A DNA stretch of 63,970 nt, counting the filler, from Callorhinchus milii (lineage: Eukaryota): assembly GCF_018977255.1 (NCBI RefSeq). It is 4 parts of 4 records of this genome, joined end to end, with 100 filler letters (N's around TTAATTAATTAA, not from the genome) between each part and the next. Parts side by side here need not be neighbours in the genome. Positions count along the whole stretch, not along the records: positions 44,411 to 63,970 come from NW_024704749.1; 3 more parts are not named here. One strand, given 5' to 3'. The notes below the pieces were generated by a model, which was not told the DNA's origin, did not search any database, and saw only the letters and a list, made by a program, of their open reading frames with translations. The translations under genes were made by a program, and so were the position numbers. Below, piece after piece: positions 47,689 to 61,000 of the stretch; position 1 is the first letter of the stretch; the number at the start of each line of letters is the position of its first letter.

Positions 47689-50600
47689 ATGGCGGAGAAG
47701 CCACGCGGGAAGCGGCCCCGAGATGGGGTGAGAGGAGAGAGACAGACAGCGAGGGGGGGGGGGACAGAGACAGAGACAGAGAGGCGGGGGGGGGGGGCAG
47801 AGAGGGTGGGGGGGGAGAGACAGGAGGCCGGGAGGGTGGGGGGGAAGAGACAGAGAGGGTGGGGGGGAGGACAGAGAGGGTGGGTGGGGGGGAGGCAGAG
47901 AGGGGGGTGGGGGAGAGACAGAGAGGCCGGGTGGGGGGTGGGGAGAGACAGAGAGGGTGGGGGGGGGGAGAGACAGAGAGGGGGGGGTGGGGGAGAGACA
48001 GAGAGGCCGGGGGGGGTGGGGGAGAGACAGAGAGGCCGGGGGTGGGGGAGAGACAGAGAGGGTGGGGGTGGGGGAGAGACAGAGAGGCCGGGGGGGGGGG
48101 GTGGGGGAGAGACAGAGAGGGGGGGGGGGAGAGACAGAGAGGGGGGGTGGGGGAGAGACAGAGAGGCCGGCGGGGGTGGGGAGAGACAGAGAGGGTGGGG
48201 TGGGGGAGAGACAGAGAGGCGGGGGGGGGGGAGAGACAGAGAGGGGGGGTGGGGGAGAGACAGAGAGGCCGGGGGGGGGGGGGGGGTGGGGAGAGACAGA
48301 GAGGCCGGGGGGGGGGGGAGAGACAGAGAGGGGGGGGGGGGGAGAGACAGAGAGGCCGGGGGGGGGGGGGAGAGACAGAGGGGGGGGGAGAGACAGAGAG
48401 GGGGGGGGGGAGAGACAGGAGGGGGGGTGGGGGAGAGACAGAGAGCGGGGGGGGGGGGGGGAGAGACAGAGAGGCCGGGGGGGGGGGGGGAGAGACAGAG
48501 AGGCGGGGTGGGGGAGAGACAGAGAGGCGGGGGGTGGGGAGAGACAGAGAGGCCGGGGGTGGGGGGGAGGGGGGGGGTGGGGGAGAGACAGAGAGGCCGG
48601 GGGGTGGGGAGAGAGACAGAGAGGCCGGGGGGTGGGGGGGAGAGACAGAGAGGCCGGGGGGGGAGAGACAGAGAGGCCGGGGGGTGGGGGAGAGACAGAG
48701 AGGCCGGGGGGGGGGGGCGGGGGGGGTGGGGGAGAGACAGAGAGGCCGGGGGGGGGGGTGGGGAGAGACAGAGAGGCCGGGGGTGGGGGGGGAGAGACAG
48801 AGAGGCCGGGGGGGGGGGGTGGGGAGGAGACAGAGAGGCCGGGGGGGTGGGGGAGAGACAGAGAGGCCGGGGGGGTGGGGGAGAGACAGAGAGGCCGGGG
48901 GTGGGGAGAGACAGAGAGGCGGGGTGGGGAGAGACAGAGAGGCGGGGGGTGGGGGGAGAGACAGAGAGGCCGGGGGTGGGGGGGGGGAGAGACAGAGAGG
49001 CCGGGGGTGGGGGGGGGGAGAGACAGAGAGGCCGGGGGGGGGGGGGGTGGGGGAGAGACAGAGAGGCCGGGGGGGTGGGGGAGAGACAGAGAGGCCGGGG
49101 TGGGGGGGAGAGACAGAGAGGCCGGGGGTGGGGGGGGGAGAGACGGAGAGGCCGGGGGGTGGGGGCTGGGGGAGAGACAGAGAGGCTGGGGGGGGGAGGC
49201 AGAGAGCCTGGGGGGGGGGAGAGACAGAGAGGCCGGGGGGGTGGGGGTGGGGGAGAGACAGAGAGGCCGGGGGGGGGGGTGGGGGGGAGAGAGACAGAGA
49301 GGCGGGGGGGGTGGGGTGGGGGAGAGACAGAGAGGCCGGGGGGGGTGGGGGGGGGGGGAGAGACCAGGCCCCGGGTCAGGCAGCTCCACATTTCATGGCT
49401 TTTCTTCCCTCTCTGATGTATGGATAAGGATGAGAAACCCGCGAGTGGATGGAAGAAAACGCGGGCGGAGAGTGAGTTTATTTCTCTACGGCTGTTCCTG
49501 TTTGTTGCTCTCCCGCTCCGGGTTCAATCCCCGGTGACAGCGCTCTGCAGGTGAAAAACTCCCTTTGGCCTATTTGATTCCATCCTCTCAGAATGTCCAC
49601 CCGACCCACCGTGTCCGAGCTGCGGACAGGAAGTCGGTGGCAATGGTCTCACAGATTTAATGCTGAGCCGTGCGGTCCGCTCGGCCGCTCGCCGGGAGTT
49701 CTTGGTACCAACCATCCACCGAGTGGGAGCTCAGACCCACTCTTGTCTCAAATGACCAACTCGCGTCCGTTCTTGGAGGGAGGGGGGGGTACGGGGTAAG
49801 CGGGGTCTCCGTGGAGCTTACCCGGAATGTCGGAATCGAACCAGCTCTCTGTCTGCCTCCAGTCCAGTTCCTGAGCCATGTGGTGACAGCACGGCCGGTC
49901 TGGCCCGTCAACAGGGCTTAGATAGCGATTTGAGCTCACTGTTCCCAACCAGGTTAGCCAAGCAGTGTCGGTGCTACCGTTAAGCTCATTGTCCGTCTGT
50001 AAACACTAGCAGATACAATGATTGCATTGTTGGTTCCGTCCCTGCAGGGAAGCAGAAGATCAAGCAGTTTAAAGAGATGAATTTGCTGAAGAAGCTTGAA
50101 AAACAGAAATTAAAAGAAATGAAGGTACAAAAAGATCTCGAAGAAGCAAAGGAAGAGAAAGGTAACCCGCATGTTGTGAAGGTTTAATGTAGAATCGCTA
50201 AACCTGTAACACGTCCTGGAGTCCTGTAGCTCAGTGGTAAGAGTTCTCGTCTCACAAGCGAGAAACCTGGGTTTGGTGTCCGGCGAAACGCTGGGCAGAT
50301 TTCCTTACTCCACACGCCTCTGTTTGCCTACAGTAAGTAGGAGAAACGGTTGTTAGTCGATTGGCGGATCACTTTTCCGGTGGTGATAAATTGGTCATTT
50401 AATCCACGACTGTTTGTGGGACGCTGCTGTGCGCAATTGGCTGCTGGGTTTCGCCGACAAAATACACAGTCAATTCACTTTGCAGTATATTCCGTGAAGC
50501 GCTTTGAGACGTCTCGGATGTGGATACTGTGTAGCTTACTTGCAGAAGTTGCTTTCAGTGAGCTGATCACGGCTTATTTTGCGGGCGAAACGTGGCAGCC

Positions 50601-53600
50601 AATTGCGCACAGAAGTGTCACACGAACAGTTGTGGATTGAGTGACCAAAAGTGATCCGTCAATCCTACTCACTGCTAGATAAACAGGCGTGTGGAGTAAG
50701 GAATCTTGCCTAAAGTTTGGCTCTGCCCGGGAATCAAACCCAGATCCTTTCGTTTGCTAGGCGATCACGCTCGTTTCCTTACACTGAGCATGTCATTACT
50801 CCCCTCCAGGGCGCCTGTACACAGTGAGTGTGGCGTTGCCGGGATCGGTGCTGGACAACGCCCAATCTCCAGAGCTACGGACGTACCTGGCTGGACAAAT
50901 CGCACGGGCCTGCACCGTGTTCTGTGTTGATGAGATTGTGGTCTTTGATGAACAAGGTGAAGATGTGAAGTAAGTGTGTGGGGTGTTGGTGGGAGGAGAA
51001 GGCACATGTCGCGTGCACATGTCTTGTCCCAAACTCTGTACTGTATCCCAACACATTATTTCCTAATATATTGTATCCCGTTGAGTACCAGTTGTGTGAC
51101 TGATAGATCCAGGTTTCTCCAGGGAATGCGGAGATGGGTAGAGTGGGGAAACCCCACGGGGATTGATGGGAACGCTGATGTTTGAAAGAACCAGAGGAAA
51201 CGGGCTGTGATTGAAGGAGGGGGTAAATTCAGAACAAATCTGCAGAAACCCTACTTCAGTGAGCGAGTTGGAGAACAGGCTCCCTAGGGAGATGCCGGAA
51301 ACAGAAAATGTCATTTGTTTCAAGAACAAATTCGATAGATTTCTGCTGGAAAATAATATCTCGGGATACAGTATATAGTTTGGGACATGACAGGTCAAAC
51401 GACTGCCAGGATGGTGAAAGGCGAACTGGATGGACCTTGGTCTTCTTTCGCTTAGCAAGTTCTTATGCTCTTATGTTTGTGTCTGTGCCCAGGAGTGTGG
51501 AAGGTGAATTCCGAGGAGTCGGGAAGAAAGGCCACGGCAGTGTACAGCTGGCCCGCATCCTGCAGTACCTGGAATGTCCCCAGTGAGTCCTTCCTCTTGC
51601 ACCTGCTCCTTTGGGACTGGTTTTATTTGTTTAGCTTTACTAACTAATTCTCTCTCTCTCGATTCGTTGTGTCTTACCAACCTGCCCGCTCCCTCTGCTC
51701 GGTGGGCACTGGCTTTCTGCACGGCTCTCCCGCCCTGCGTGGGTGTTTTGATGACAAACCTCGTTTTCTAAACGTAGATGCTTTTGTTTCTGATGTGACT
51801 TTTTTAAAATTATTGTGCCAACAGGTACCTCCGAAAATCCTTCTTCCCAAAGCACCACGACCTTCAGTTTGCAGGTGAGCTGCCCCGAGACACTCGCGAT
51901 CTGTTCCTGTTGCCAGCTGATACCCCATATCAATAATCCTTGCATTTTGATACAGCGCCTTATCATGTAGCTGAGACGTCTCAAAGCGCTTCACAGAATG
52001 TACTGTAGAGTGAATTGACTGTAAAGTGTATTGATTGATGGTGTATTTTGTGGGCGAAACATGACAGACAATTGCACACAGCAGTGTCCCACAAGCAGTC
52101 GTGGATTAAGGTTTTGCCCTGTCGGGGAATCGAGACGAGCGCGCTAACCACTGGGCTTCGGGGACTCAACAATTGCCGTTCAGCGTTGGTTTGTATTCCA
52201 GTCGGCATTCGGTTTTGGCCACTGGGTGGCAGTCAGTGACAGGTCTGCGTTTCTCGTGAGATGTAATCAAATTCAGAAATAATGCCTTTGATTTCTGTTC
52301 CTTGTAGATAGAAAATTGAAACTGTTAATCACCTATCCATCCCCACGGGCTTCCTTTGTAATTACGTCTTCTTGTACCTCTGTCTGTGAAACTGTCTGCT
52401 GGTTATCCGTGTGTTTGGCTGAGTTCCCGGGTGTGCGTTGCTGCACTGCCTAATTGTATGCTGTGTTGGCTTGCTCCAGGCCTCCTGAACCCCCTGGACA
52501 GCCCCCACCACATGCGGTTGGACGAGGCGGCTGAGTACCGTGAGGGGGTGGTGGTAGACCGACCCAGTAAGCCTGGGAAAGGCTCTCTCGTCAATTGCGG
52601 GATGAAAAAGGTGAGTGTAACATAAGAATCTTGGTGCATGGCAATGTGGTTGCATGCACCCAGCGTCTTGGGTCGTCCTCCAGATGTGAAAGGTGCTATA
52701 GAAATGCAGTTTGGTGTTGCAGCTCGCGCCACGTGGCTAAAACAGAATATAATAATAATAATTCTTGCGTTTGATATACAACCACAAATATAGCGCCATA
52801 TCAGGTCTTTGAGGCTGTCTCGAAGCACTTCACAGAACATACAGTAAAGTGGAGCGACCGTGTATCTGTAGGGAAATTATGGCAGTTAATTGCATTCCCT
52901 GTGGTGGATCCGAGAAACATTCGTTCGCTGAAACTCTCCCGTGTTTGGACATGGCACAACCATCGCAGGCATTTCTGATCCTTTGTTCTTCTGCTAAAAC
53001 CAGGAAGTGAGGATTGACCGACAGCTTCAGGCAGGACTTCGGGTCACAGTGCAATTAGACGGGGACCAAAACCCAGGTATAATAATAATCCTTGCATTTG
53101 ATAGCACCTTATCACGTCATCTCGCTTCACGAGATGTACTGTAAAGTAAAATGGCTGTATATGTGGGCAAAAAAGCGGCAGCCAATTGTCCCACAAACAT
53201 GTCGTGGATTGAGTGACAAAATTATTCTTATTTCTTTTATTCCCCGTAAAGTGGATTGACTGCGAAACACGCACGTAATGTTGTATGAGCAGGAGACAAC
53301 TGCGTGTGGAATGGACAGTAACAACATTGGGACACCGACATTAACATTAACAACATTGCCATTGGCATTTCCAGGCGTTAACTTTTCAGTGATAATCCCC
53401 CGTTTCCGCGTGTGTTTCAGACAGTAAAGTGAAGAAGGGGACGGTGGTGGCCCCTCACTTGCCTCGCACCAGGTCCGGCCTGTACTGGGGCTACACCGTG
53501 CGTCTGGCTTCCTGCCTCAGTGAGTCTTTCATCCCTCTTGGGTTAGGTTGATAGATTTTTGTTCAATCGTGGTATCAAGGGATAATAATAATATTCCTTG

Positions 53601-55920
53601 CATTTGATACAGTGCTTTATCACATCGTTGAAACGTCTCAAAGCGCTTCACAGAATATATTGTAAAGTGTATATTTTGTGAGCGAAACACGGCAGCCAAT
53701 TGCGCACCGCGGTGTCCCACAAACAGTCGCGGATTGAGTGACCCAATTTTTTTAAGGGATTATTATCCCTGGAAAGCTAAAATGTTAATGCCTTCTTACA
53801 GAATTATTTAACTCATGTGGCAAAGGCGGGTACAGATCTAGTCGAATGGCAGAACAGGCTCGAGGGGCTGAATGGCCTCCTTCCATTTCTACGTTCCTAA
53901 CTCTGGCCCCAAACATCGTAAAACAAGGGAAAAAGGGGGAATGAAGAAATCCTTTTTTTATGTATTCAGTTCCAGAAATACTCAGCGTCTGAAATTCTGT
54001 TTCTAATCACTGCTGCCCCAGCCTAGCCCCACTGTCCTGTTGTCTACATATACATAGCGTAGGTACAAAACCTTTAGCAGAAAAATACCCTCTTGTCTCC
54101 TGACCTCTGGGTCTGTTATTTCAGAATGAGGGACAACTGGGGGGGCGGGAGGAATTGGTCCCAAACTTTCTGTCTGTTTGTGGAATGAGGAAATGTAAGA
54201 CGCAGATAGATAGATATTTGTTAGGTCAGGGTATTAAAGGATATGGGGTAAGGGCTGGTAACTGGACTTATAAATGGCAGAATAGACTGAAGGGTATGAA
54301 TAGCTCACTCCTGTTCCTATGTAAAAGTGACAGTAGCCCCGGCGCTAAATACGTCCACTAAGTTTGCGCACTCGGTGACGGGTCATTGGATTCTGTCACA
54401 CGGGCTGAATCAAACTAACTATCTTCTAATTCCCTGACATGAGCTGGTGTTTGCAGGTGCTGTGTTCACAGAGTGCCCATTCAAGGAGGGATACGATCTC
54501 ACCATCGGGACCTCAGAGCGAGGATCCAGCATTGACCAAGCCTCGCTGCCTTCATTCAGGTGCCTGCTTCAGCTTTAGCCTGTAACCAATTCCTGTATAT
54601 GTTGTGGGCGAAACCCGGCAGCCAATTGCGCTCAGCAGTGTCCCACAAACAGTCATGGATTGAGTGACCAAATTATTATTATTTTTTCTTTGGGGATTAT
54701 TGGAGTAAGGAAACTTGCCTTAATTGACTTAACAACCGGGTTCTTAATTACTGCTCAATATACGTGTGGAACAAGGAAGAATTGCTTAAGGTTTGGACCT
54801 GCCTGAAATCGGAATGGAACATCCAGTAACATGCTCCCCCTTCTCTCTCTCTCTCCCGCCTCCCCCCACCCCCCCTCTCTCTCCCCCTCTTCCCCCCCCC
54901 CTTCCACAGGCACATGTTGATGGTGTTCGGAGGCTTGCAGGGCCTGGAGACCAGTGTGGACTTCGACCCAAATCTCCAGGTGGCTGATCCTCAGCTCCTC
55001 TTTCACCATTACCTGGACACGTGCCCGGGGCAGGGCAGCCGCACCATCCGCACCGAGGTACCAAAGCTTCTCAGGCTCCATCCGTCACCGAGAAAGGCAC
55101 ATTGAGACATACAGCTATTCAGAAAATATTTGACCCACTTAGGCCCCTTTGGGTTGCTGCCTTTGTGCCTTGAGGCAATCTGGCTGAGAATGATAATTGT
55201 TCCCTGGGGGGGAAGTTCTGTGCAAATATCCATCAAGTCAGTGATTCAAACTCTGGTGTCTGAGTAGGAATGATTCAGCTGTTTGGTAGTTGCTGTCGCT
55301 GAGTAGATTACAGAACTGAACAAAACTTCAGACAACTGGTGGACATCAGGTGCGAAATGTGTCATGTGCATTGTCAGAAAATAAGAACAAAAGAATTAGG
55401 AGCAGGAGTAGGCCATTCGGCCCTTGTAGTAACTGGAAAGACGGAAAGACAGGTGGTTAAAATGAGTGGCTTCCTGTTTGTCCCCTCTTTTCATCCATCC
55501 CCTCAGCTCTTGTGTCTCTGTACGGGGATATGACAAAGTATTATGACAGAGCTTTTAAGATCTCTTGCAAGCTAGTGACGCATAATAATAATAATAAGCC
55601 TTGCATTTGATTTAGCCCTTTATATTTTTGGAGGGATTATTACCCCCAGAAAGCGATCTGCCAATCACCTAACAACTGGGTTCCTACTTACTGGTAGATA
55701 AACAGGCATGTGGAATAAGGAAACTTGCCGAAGGTTTTTGCCCTGCCCGGGAATCGAACCCGGGTCCTCTCGCTTGCGAGAGTGCTCTAACCACTATGCT
55801 ACGGGGATGTTCACACTGTTCTCACATTTCCCATAGGAAGCCATTCTCATCTCCCTCTCCGCGCTGAGGCCGAAGATCGTCAGTGCCAACGGAGCCACCT
55901 CTACAAGCCAAGACACGTAA
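47689..55920 (+). CDS. SPOUT1: SPOUT-domain methyltransferase 1 (C9orf114), 12 exons, 377 aa
   Basis: Exons 47689-47727, 49429-49471, 50048-50161, 50810-50969, 51493-51582, 51825-51874, 52480-52610, 53004-53076, 53421-53519, 54457-54559, 54910-55057, 55837-55920 (1134 nt, phases consistent). Motifs [60 protein letters not shown]. Confidence 0.93.
47730..49370 (+). repeat. G-rich tandem repeat (Gn-AGAGACAGAGAGGCC-Gn) filling SPOUT1 intron 1
   Basis: About 1.6 kb of GGGGAGAGACAGAGAGGCCGGGGG units; the long ORFs in several frames are artefacts. Confidence 0.9.
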
Positions 55921-58073
55921 TATCCCGTGTCTGCTGGAGGCTGCAATGTTTACCCCACAAACTGAGTAATGCAGGAAGGAGCCTGACCTGTGGATTGAGG
56001 AGCTGCAGTGGGCTGTGGTCAGGGTTTACGATGGAGGCAGAGACCAAATGAACGAAGAATGCCCTGCAGCCGGGCACCTCCTGCCATTGCCATTGATGCC
56101 AGGATCCTCTTCAAGTAAATTATTTTGACCTTTCTGGAAGCGTTCTCCATAAGCACATTGTTCATTTGAGCAATGGATTGGGACTGAGTTACATCCACTT
56201 CATCAACCTGCTGTTCACTGGAGTCTGGGGAGAGTTCGTGTCAGCGCTCTATCTGGGTAATTGGTAGCTCTCATGTGTAACCTGGAGTTACCTGGGACTA
56301 TGCTGCTAGTTTTACAGGGTTTTAGATGATTTTGCTAGAAATACTGCAGCAACTGGATTGTATTTTTGTATTAAACACACTTGGATGATATTTTCTCAAA
56401 TCGTATTCAATGATTTGGTGCCACATTGAAGCACAGCCTGCAGCATTGTATTGGAGCGTCAGCCGAGACTTTGTGAACTCAAAGTCCCGACAAGAGGCTT
56501 GAAACCACAGCCCTGTCAGTGCCTCAGAGGTGAAAGAGCTTCCAGGCGGCTGCTAGTGTTGGCATTGCTGAGCCACATGTTTTTGGGCGCCAAGTATAGG
56601 TAACAGTTCTGTGAAGTTGGCTGGTTAGGAAGCCAGTAGTCAGTCCAGGGCTGCCAAAGCTCAGCTGCATGAAATTTGCATAACTGTAGTGCTCAGAGGA
56701 GTAAAAGACTGACTGGGATCACAGCCAAAGTTCTGTGCCCCAGAGAGAAGGAAGAGTCTAATATGGCGAGCGGTTCATCAAGTTAGAGACGAGAAGTAGC
56801 AACGTGCCAGTGTTGTTGAAGTGTACAAGGTGTAAAAACTGGATGCAAAGTACACAGAAACCAAGAGAGCCAGGGAATTGCAGTATTGTTTATTCTTCAT
56901 TGGCAATACATTATATCTACAAACAAGGCTTTAATTCATTAATCACTCCATAATCAATCCCTAGTTTATATTCAGCAGCAGTATAATAATGCCCCATTGG
57001 GTTTCAATGGAGAAGTGAGGGTTGGGGACTGTCAGGTCTGTGGACACACATATAAAGGTTTCAAGAGGGAACAGAGCAATTGGGTGAGCCACAAAGTTTC
57101 TGAAAGTTCATTCAATTAGTGTGGAGACGCATAACATGCAGGAGTAGGCCATTCGGTCCTTCGAGCCTGCCCCGCCATTCAATCATGGCTGATCTTCTAA
57201 TCTAACTCCAGCTAATAACCTAACCCTGCCTTATCCCCATATCCCTTAATCCCTTTTGCAATAAGAAATCTATCTGTCTCAGTCTTGAATATGTTCAAGG
57301 ACTGAGCGTCAACAGCCCCACGGCTGATGGTTGTGTTGTGCTGAGACTGCCTAACATGGGAGCACATGTGGGCACGGTGTCCAGCTGTTTCCCCTCCAGC
57401 TCAAAGCTTCTGACCTTGAGGAGCAGCTGGCGACACTTGGTCGTAGAGTGGAAGAGTTCTTGGAACACCATCCCACAGGCCAGCTAGTTAGGGAGGTTAG
57501 TAAGTGGGTGAATATCCACAGAGGGAGGAAGAGTGAACAGGACAGGGATGGGAATAAAGGGGGAGATGGGAGTTTTTTTGTTGCCCGTGTGAAAACCCTC
57601 GACTGTCCAGTGCCTTGGGACGTCCTCCCAACTTAAAAGATACTCTATAAATGCTTTCCTTTTCGTTGTCTTTTAACACAGACTTGTTAGGATGTGCAAT
57701 GTGCTGTGAGTGCAGTGATCAAGGTAGGATCCTTAGTCTTCACAAGGGAACTATCTAAAGAGGAGTAATTTATAATGGTAAATGGGGGAGGGGGGAGACT
57801 GGTGTATAGCCCCAAATGGATTGCTCCCCTCCAGCTCAAAGCTTCTTGAGGAGCAAGGTAATGGGTAAGGGTGAGGAGAGTTTCATTTGTGTTATAAATG
57901 ACTGGTTTCTAAGTGCAGGTTATGCCCCTGGGAAGGGCCAAGTGAAGGCAGCCACCACGTCCTTTTCAACAAACTACATTTTCTACTCAAATGATTCTCA
58001 AAGTGCAAAGCTGCTGCAGTAAAAATTCCTGAGTTTACTGCGTGTGTGAGCACAGCCTCCCGCGCAGGGCTGG

Positions 58074-61000
58074 TCACTTTTTCCACTCCTGCAAGATCTT
58101 CTCCGCCTTACTAAGTGTCGAGTCCTCCTGGGAAGTAAAACAAAATATTTAACATGGTTAGAACACTCGCTTTGCAAGGAAGAGCATCTGAGTTCGATTC
58201 CTGGGCAGGGCGACAAGTTAGGCAAATTTCCTTCCTCCACACGCCTCTGTTTACCTAGCAGTAAGTAGGAACCCGGTTAGTAGTTAATTGGCGGGTTGCT
58301 GCTCCGAGGGTGATAAACCCTTCAAACAATACAAAATAAATACTAATGATTTGGTCAGTCAATCCACGTCTGTTTGTGGGACACTGCTGTGCGCAATTGG
58401 CTGCCCCGTTTCGCCCAGAAAATACATAGTCAATTCACTTTACAATAAATTCTGTGAAGCGCTTTGAGAACTTCTAGAAGACGTGATAAGGCACTATATC
58501 AAATGCAAGGATTATTATGTGTGTGTTTCACAGCTCACCTTAGCAAAACAAAATCGAATATAGTTTTCAAACTCCTTCTTGTGTTCAGCTGAGTAAAAGA
58601 CAGAGACCGGGATGGCTGCCAGGCCCTGCGTAGGTAAGCATTGCCGTCACAATCTTTATTATAGCCGCTAATTAATTGTAAAGCTCCCCCTCCTGAACCC
58701 GGGGCCAAGTGGGAGAGTGTGTCGGAGAGCTCCCCACAACCAGTAATATGTTCCCGCTTCTTCGTGTGTTTATTTCCGCACAGCCCACCCATGTGTCTCT
58801 TGCGTGTCGTTTCTGCCCACACGTGTCCCTCGTGTCACCTCCGTTCACGCCCACGCGTGTCCCTTGTGTGTTGCCCACCCGTGTCCCTCATGTGTTGCCT
58901 CGGCCCACGCATGGCACCTCTGCACTCACCTGCTCAGTGATCATCCGCTTCACTAATTTGTCATCGTACAGCTCCTCGGGGTCGGTAGAATCCGGCAGGT
59001 CAAACCCTGTGAAAGTAAAACGGGAGCGCGGGATAAAAACGGGCGACTTCTCACCAGAAACGGGCACAATATGCAGACCTCGAGAGGGACTGTAGCACAA
59101 GGTAACTCACTGGTTGCTGTGACATCTGCTATCAGGAAGTAGCCGCCTTCTGGGAGAATGGACTTTAATCCCGCGGCATTGATGGAGGCAGCCAGTCGGT
59201 CTCGCTTTCTCTGCAGCTCCTGGGGTAGGCTGATGAAGTAACTCTCTGGTTTTCCTAGGCACTCCAACTCCTTGGTCAATCCCTCGGCCACTGCTTGCTG
59301 AGGGCAAAACAGCACAGGGAAAACCGCACGATAATATTAATGATCCTTTGCATTTGACATAGCGCCTTATCAGACGTCTCAAAGCGCTTCACAGAATATA
59401 CTTTAACGTGAATTGATTGTATCTTGTGGGCGAAACACGGCAGCCAATTGCACACAGCAGGTCCCACAAACAGTTGTGGATTGAACCCCGGAAAACGATC
59501 CACCAATTGACTGACAACTGGTTTCCTACTTACTGCAAGGTGTAAACAGGCGTGTGGAGTTAGTGAAACTTGTCTAGGGTTTCGCCCTGCCTGGGAATCG
59601 AACCCTGGTCCTCTGGCTTGCGAGGCGAGCGCTCTAACCACTACGCTAAGTTGTGCCTCTCACCTGAGCTGCAGTGGCACAATGGAAGACTGTGTTCTGA
59701 TGGACTGTCCGGAGGTGCCTGAGGACCTGTTTGGGCCCAATTGCCCAGCCGACCTGCGTGGAGCAGAGAGGCAAATGTTAGACAAGCATTTGTTTCATCG
59801 CAAGCGGCAACTTGAGCTCCGGAGCATCAAAAATGTTTGTCACCTTCCAACCTGTGGCGCTGAAGGTTTTCCCTCCGCTCCCCACAGTGACTGTCCGCTC
59901 CCACATCCCGGGCAGGGTGGCTGTGGGAAACAAGAACCAGATTGACGCAGGTATGGAGGAAGCGCTTCATACAGAGGCGAGCGTGGTGGCAATACAGTTC
60001 CAAGAGCAGGTTACAGCACAACTACCAACGTCGGGTGCAAATGCTTGACTGTCCAATGCTTTGGGACATCCTCCCGATGTGAAAGACACTATGCAACAAC
60101 AACTTGCACGTGTATAGCGCACACCACAGACTAGCGTATCAGGGTGCTTAACTCCGTACCCGGGGGTGGGGGAGATGGCTGTAAATACGGTCGAAGAGAA
60201 ACCAGTTGCCCTTTTTCTGCAATCGGCTAGGTTTACCTGATTTTGAAACAAATCATTTTTTCTTACCAATCCGTACGTGTTCTTTGCCATCGTACACCAG
60301 CCACTCATACACCTCGTCGCTAAGACACAGCACATCGTGTTTCACACACAGATCCGCGATCAGCTCAAGCTCCTTCCGTGTGAAAACCTTAACAAAACAG
60401 CTTGCATTTACACAGCGTCCCTCACACAGGCCCGTGTACCAGAGCGCTTGACAGTTGGAGCACGACGCCCAACTGGGGGGAGGGTGGGAGGTGACTGTAA
60501 TTGCGGTTGAAGGGGAAGTCTTCAGGTGGGACCTGAAGATGGGGAAGGAGGGGGCAAGGCGGAAGGACGTCTGTGACTTCGTTCTTACCTTACCAAGTGG
60601 GTTGTTGGGATTGTTGAGAATGACTGCTTTCGTGCGTTTGGTGAATTTATTTGCTAGTTCGGCTGGATCCAGTTCCCAGTCAGCACTGGTCACCATCCTG
60701 CCAGAGACTGGTTTCTGAAAGATACAACAGGGAAACCTTCACATTCTTCCTCTGAAGCGTATTATACAGGGTGTACATAAAGTCCTGTTACCCCCTGTTA
60801 CAAAATAGTGATATGAGACTATGGAGGAGCTGAAACAATCTGCCAGAGATGCATTTCGCCTCCTCACTCAATCCATCCATCCACCTTACGGAAAATGTGG
60901 CACTGAACATGGCAACGGATCCTTATCTGCCATGAAAATGGTGGCATTTACATATAGAAACAGGAGCAGGCCGTTCATCTCTCGAGCCTGTTCCGCTATT

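Noticed and set aside
47382-49537. Very long ORFs (526-669 aa) on both strands
   Set aside because: Translations of the G-rich intronic repeat; the real SPOUT1 exons flank it
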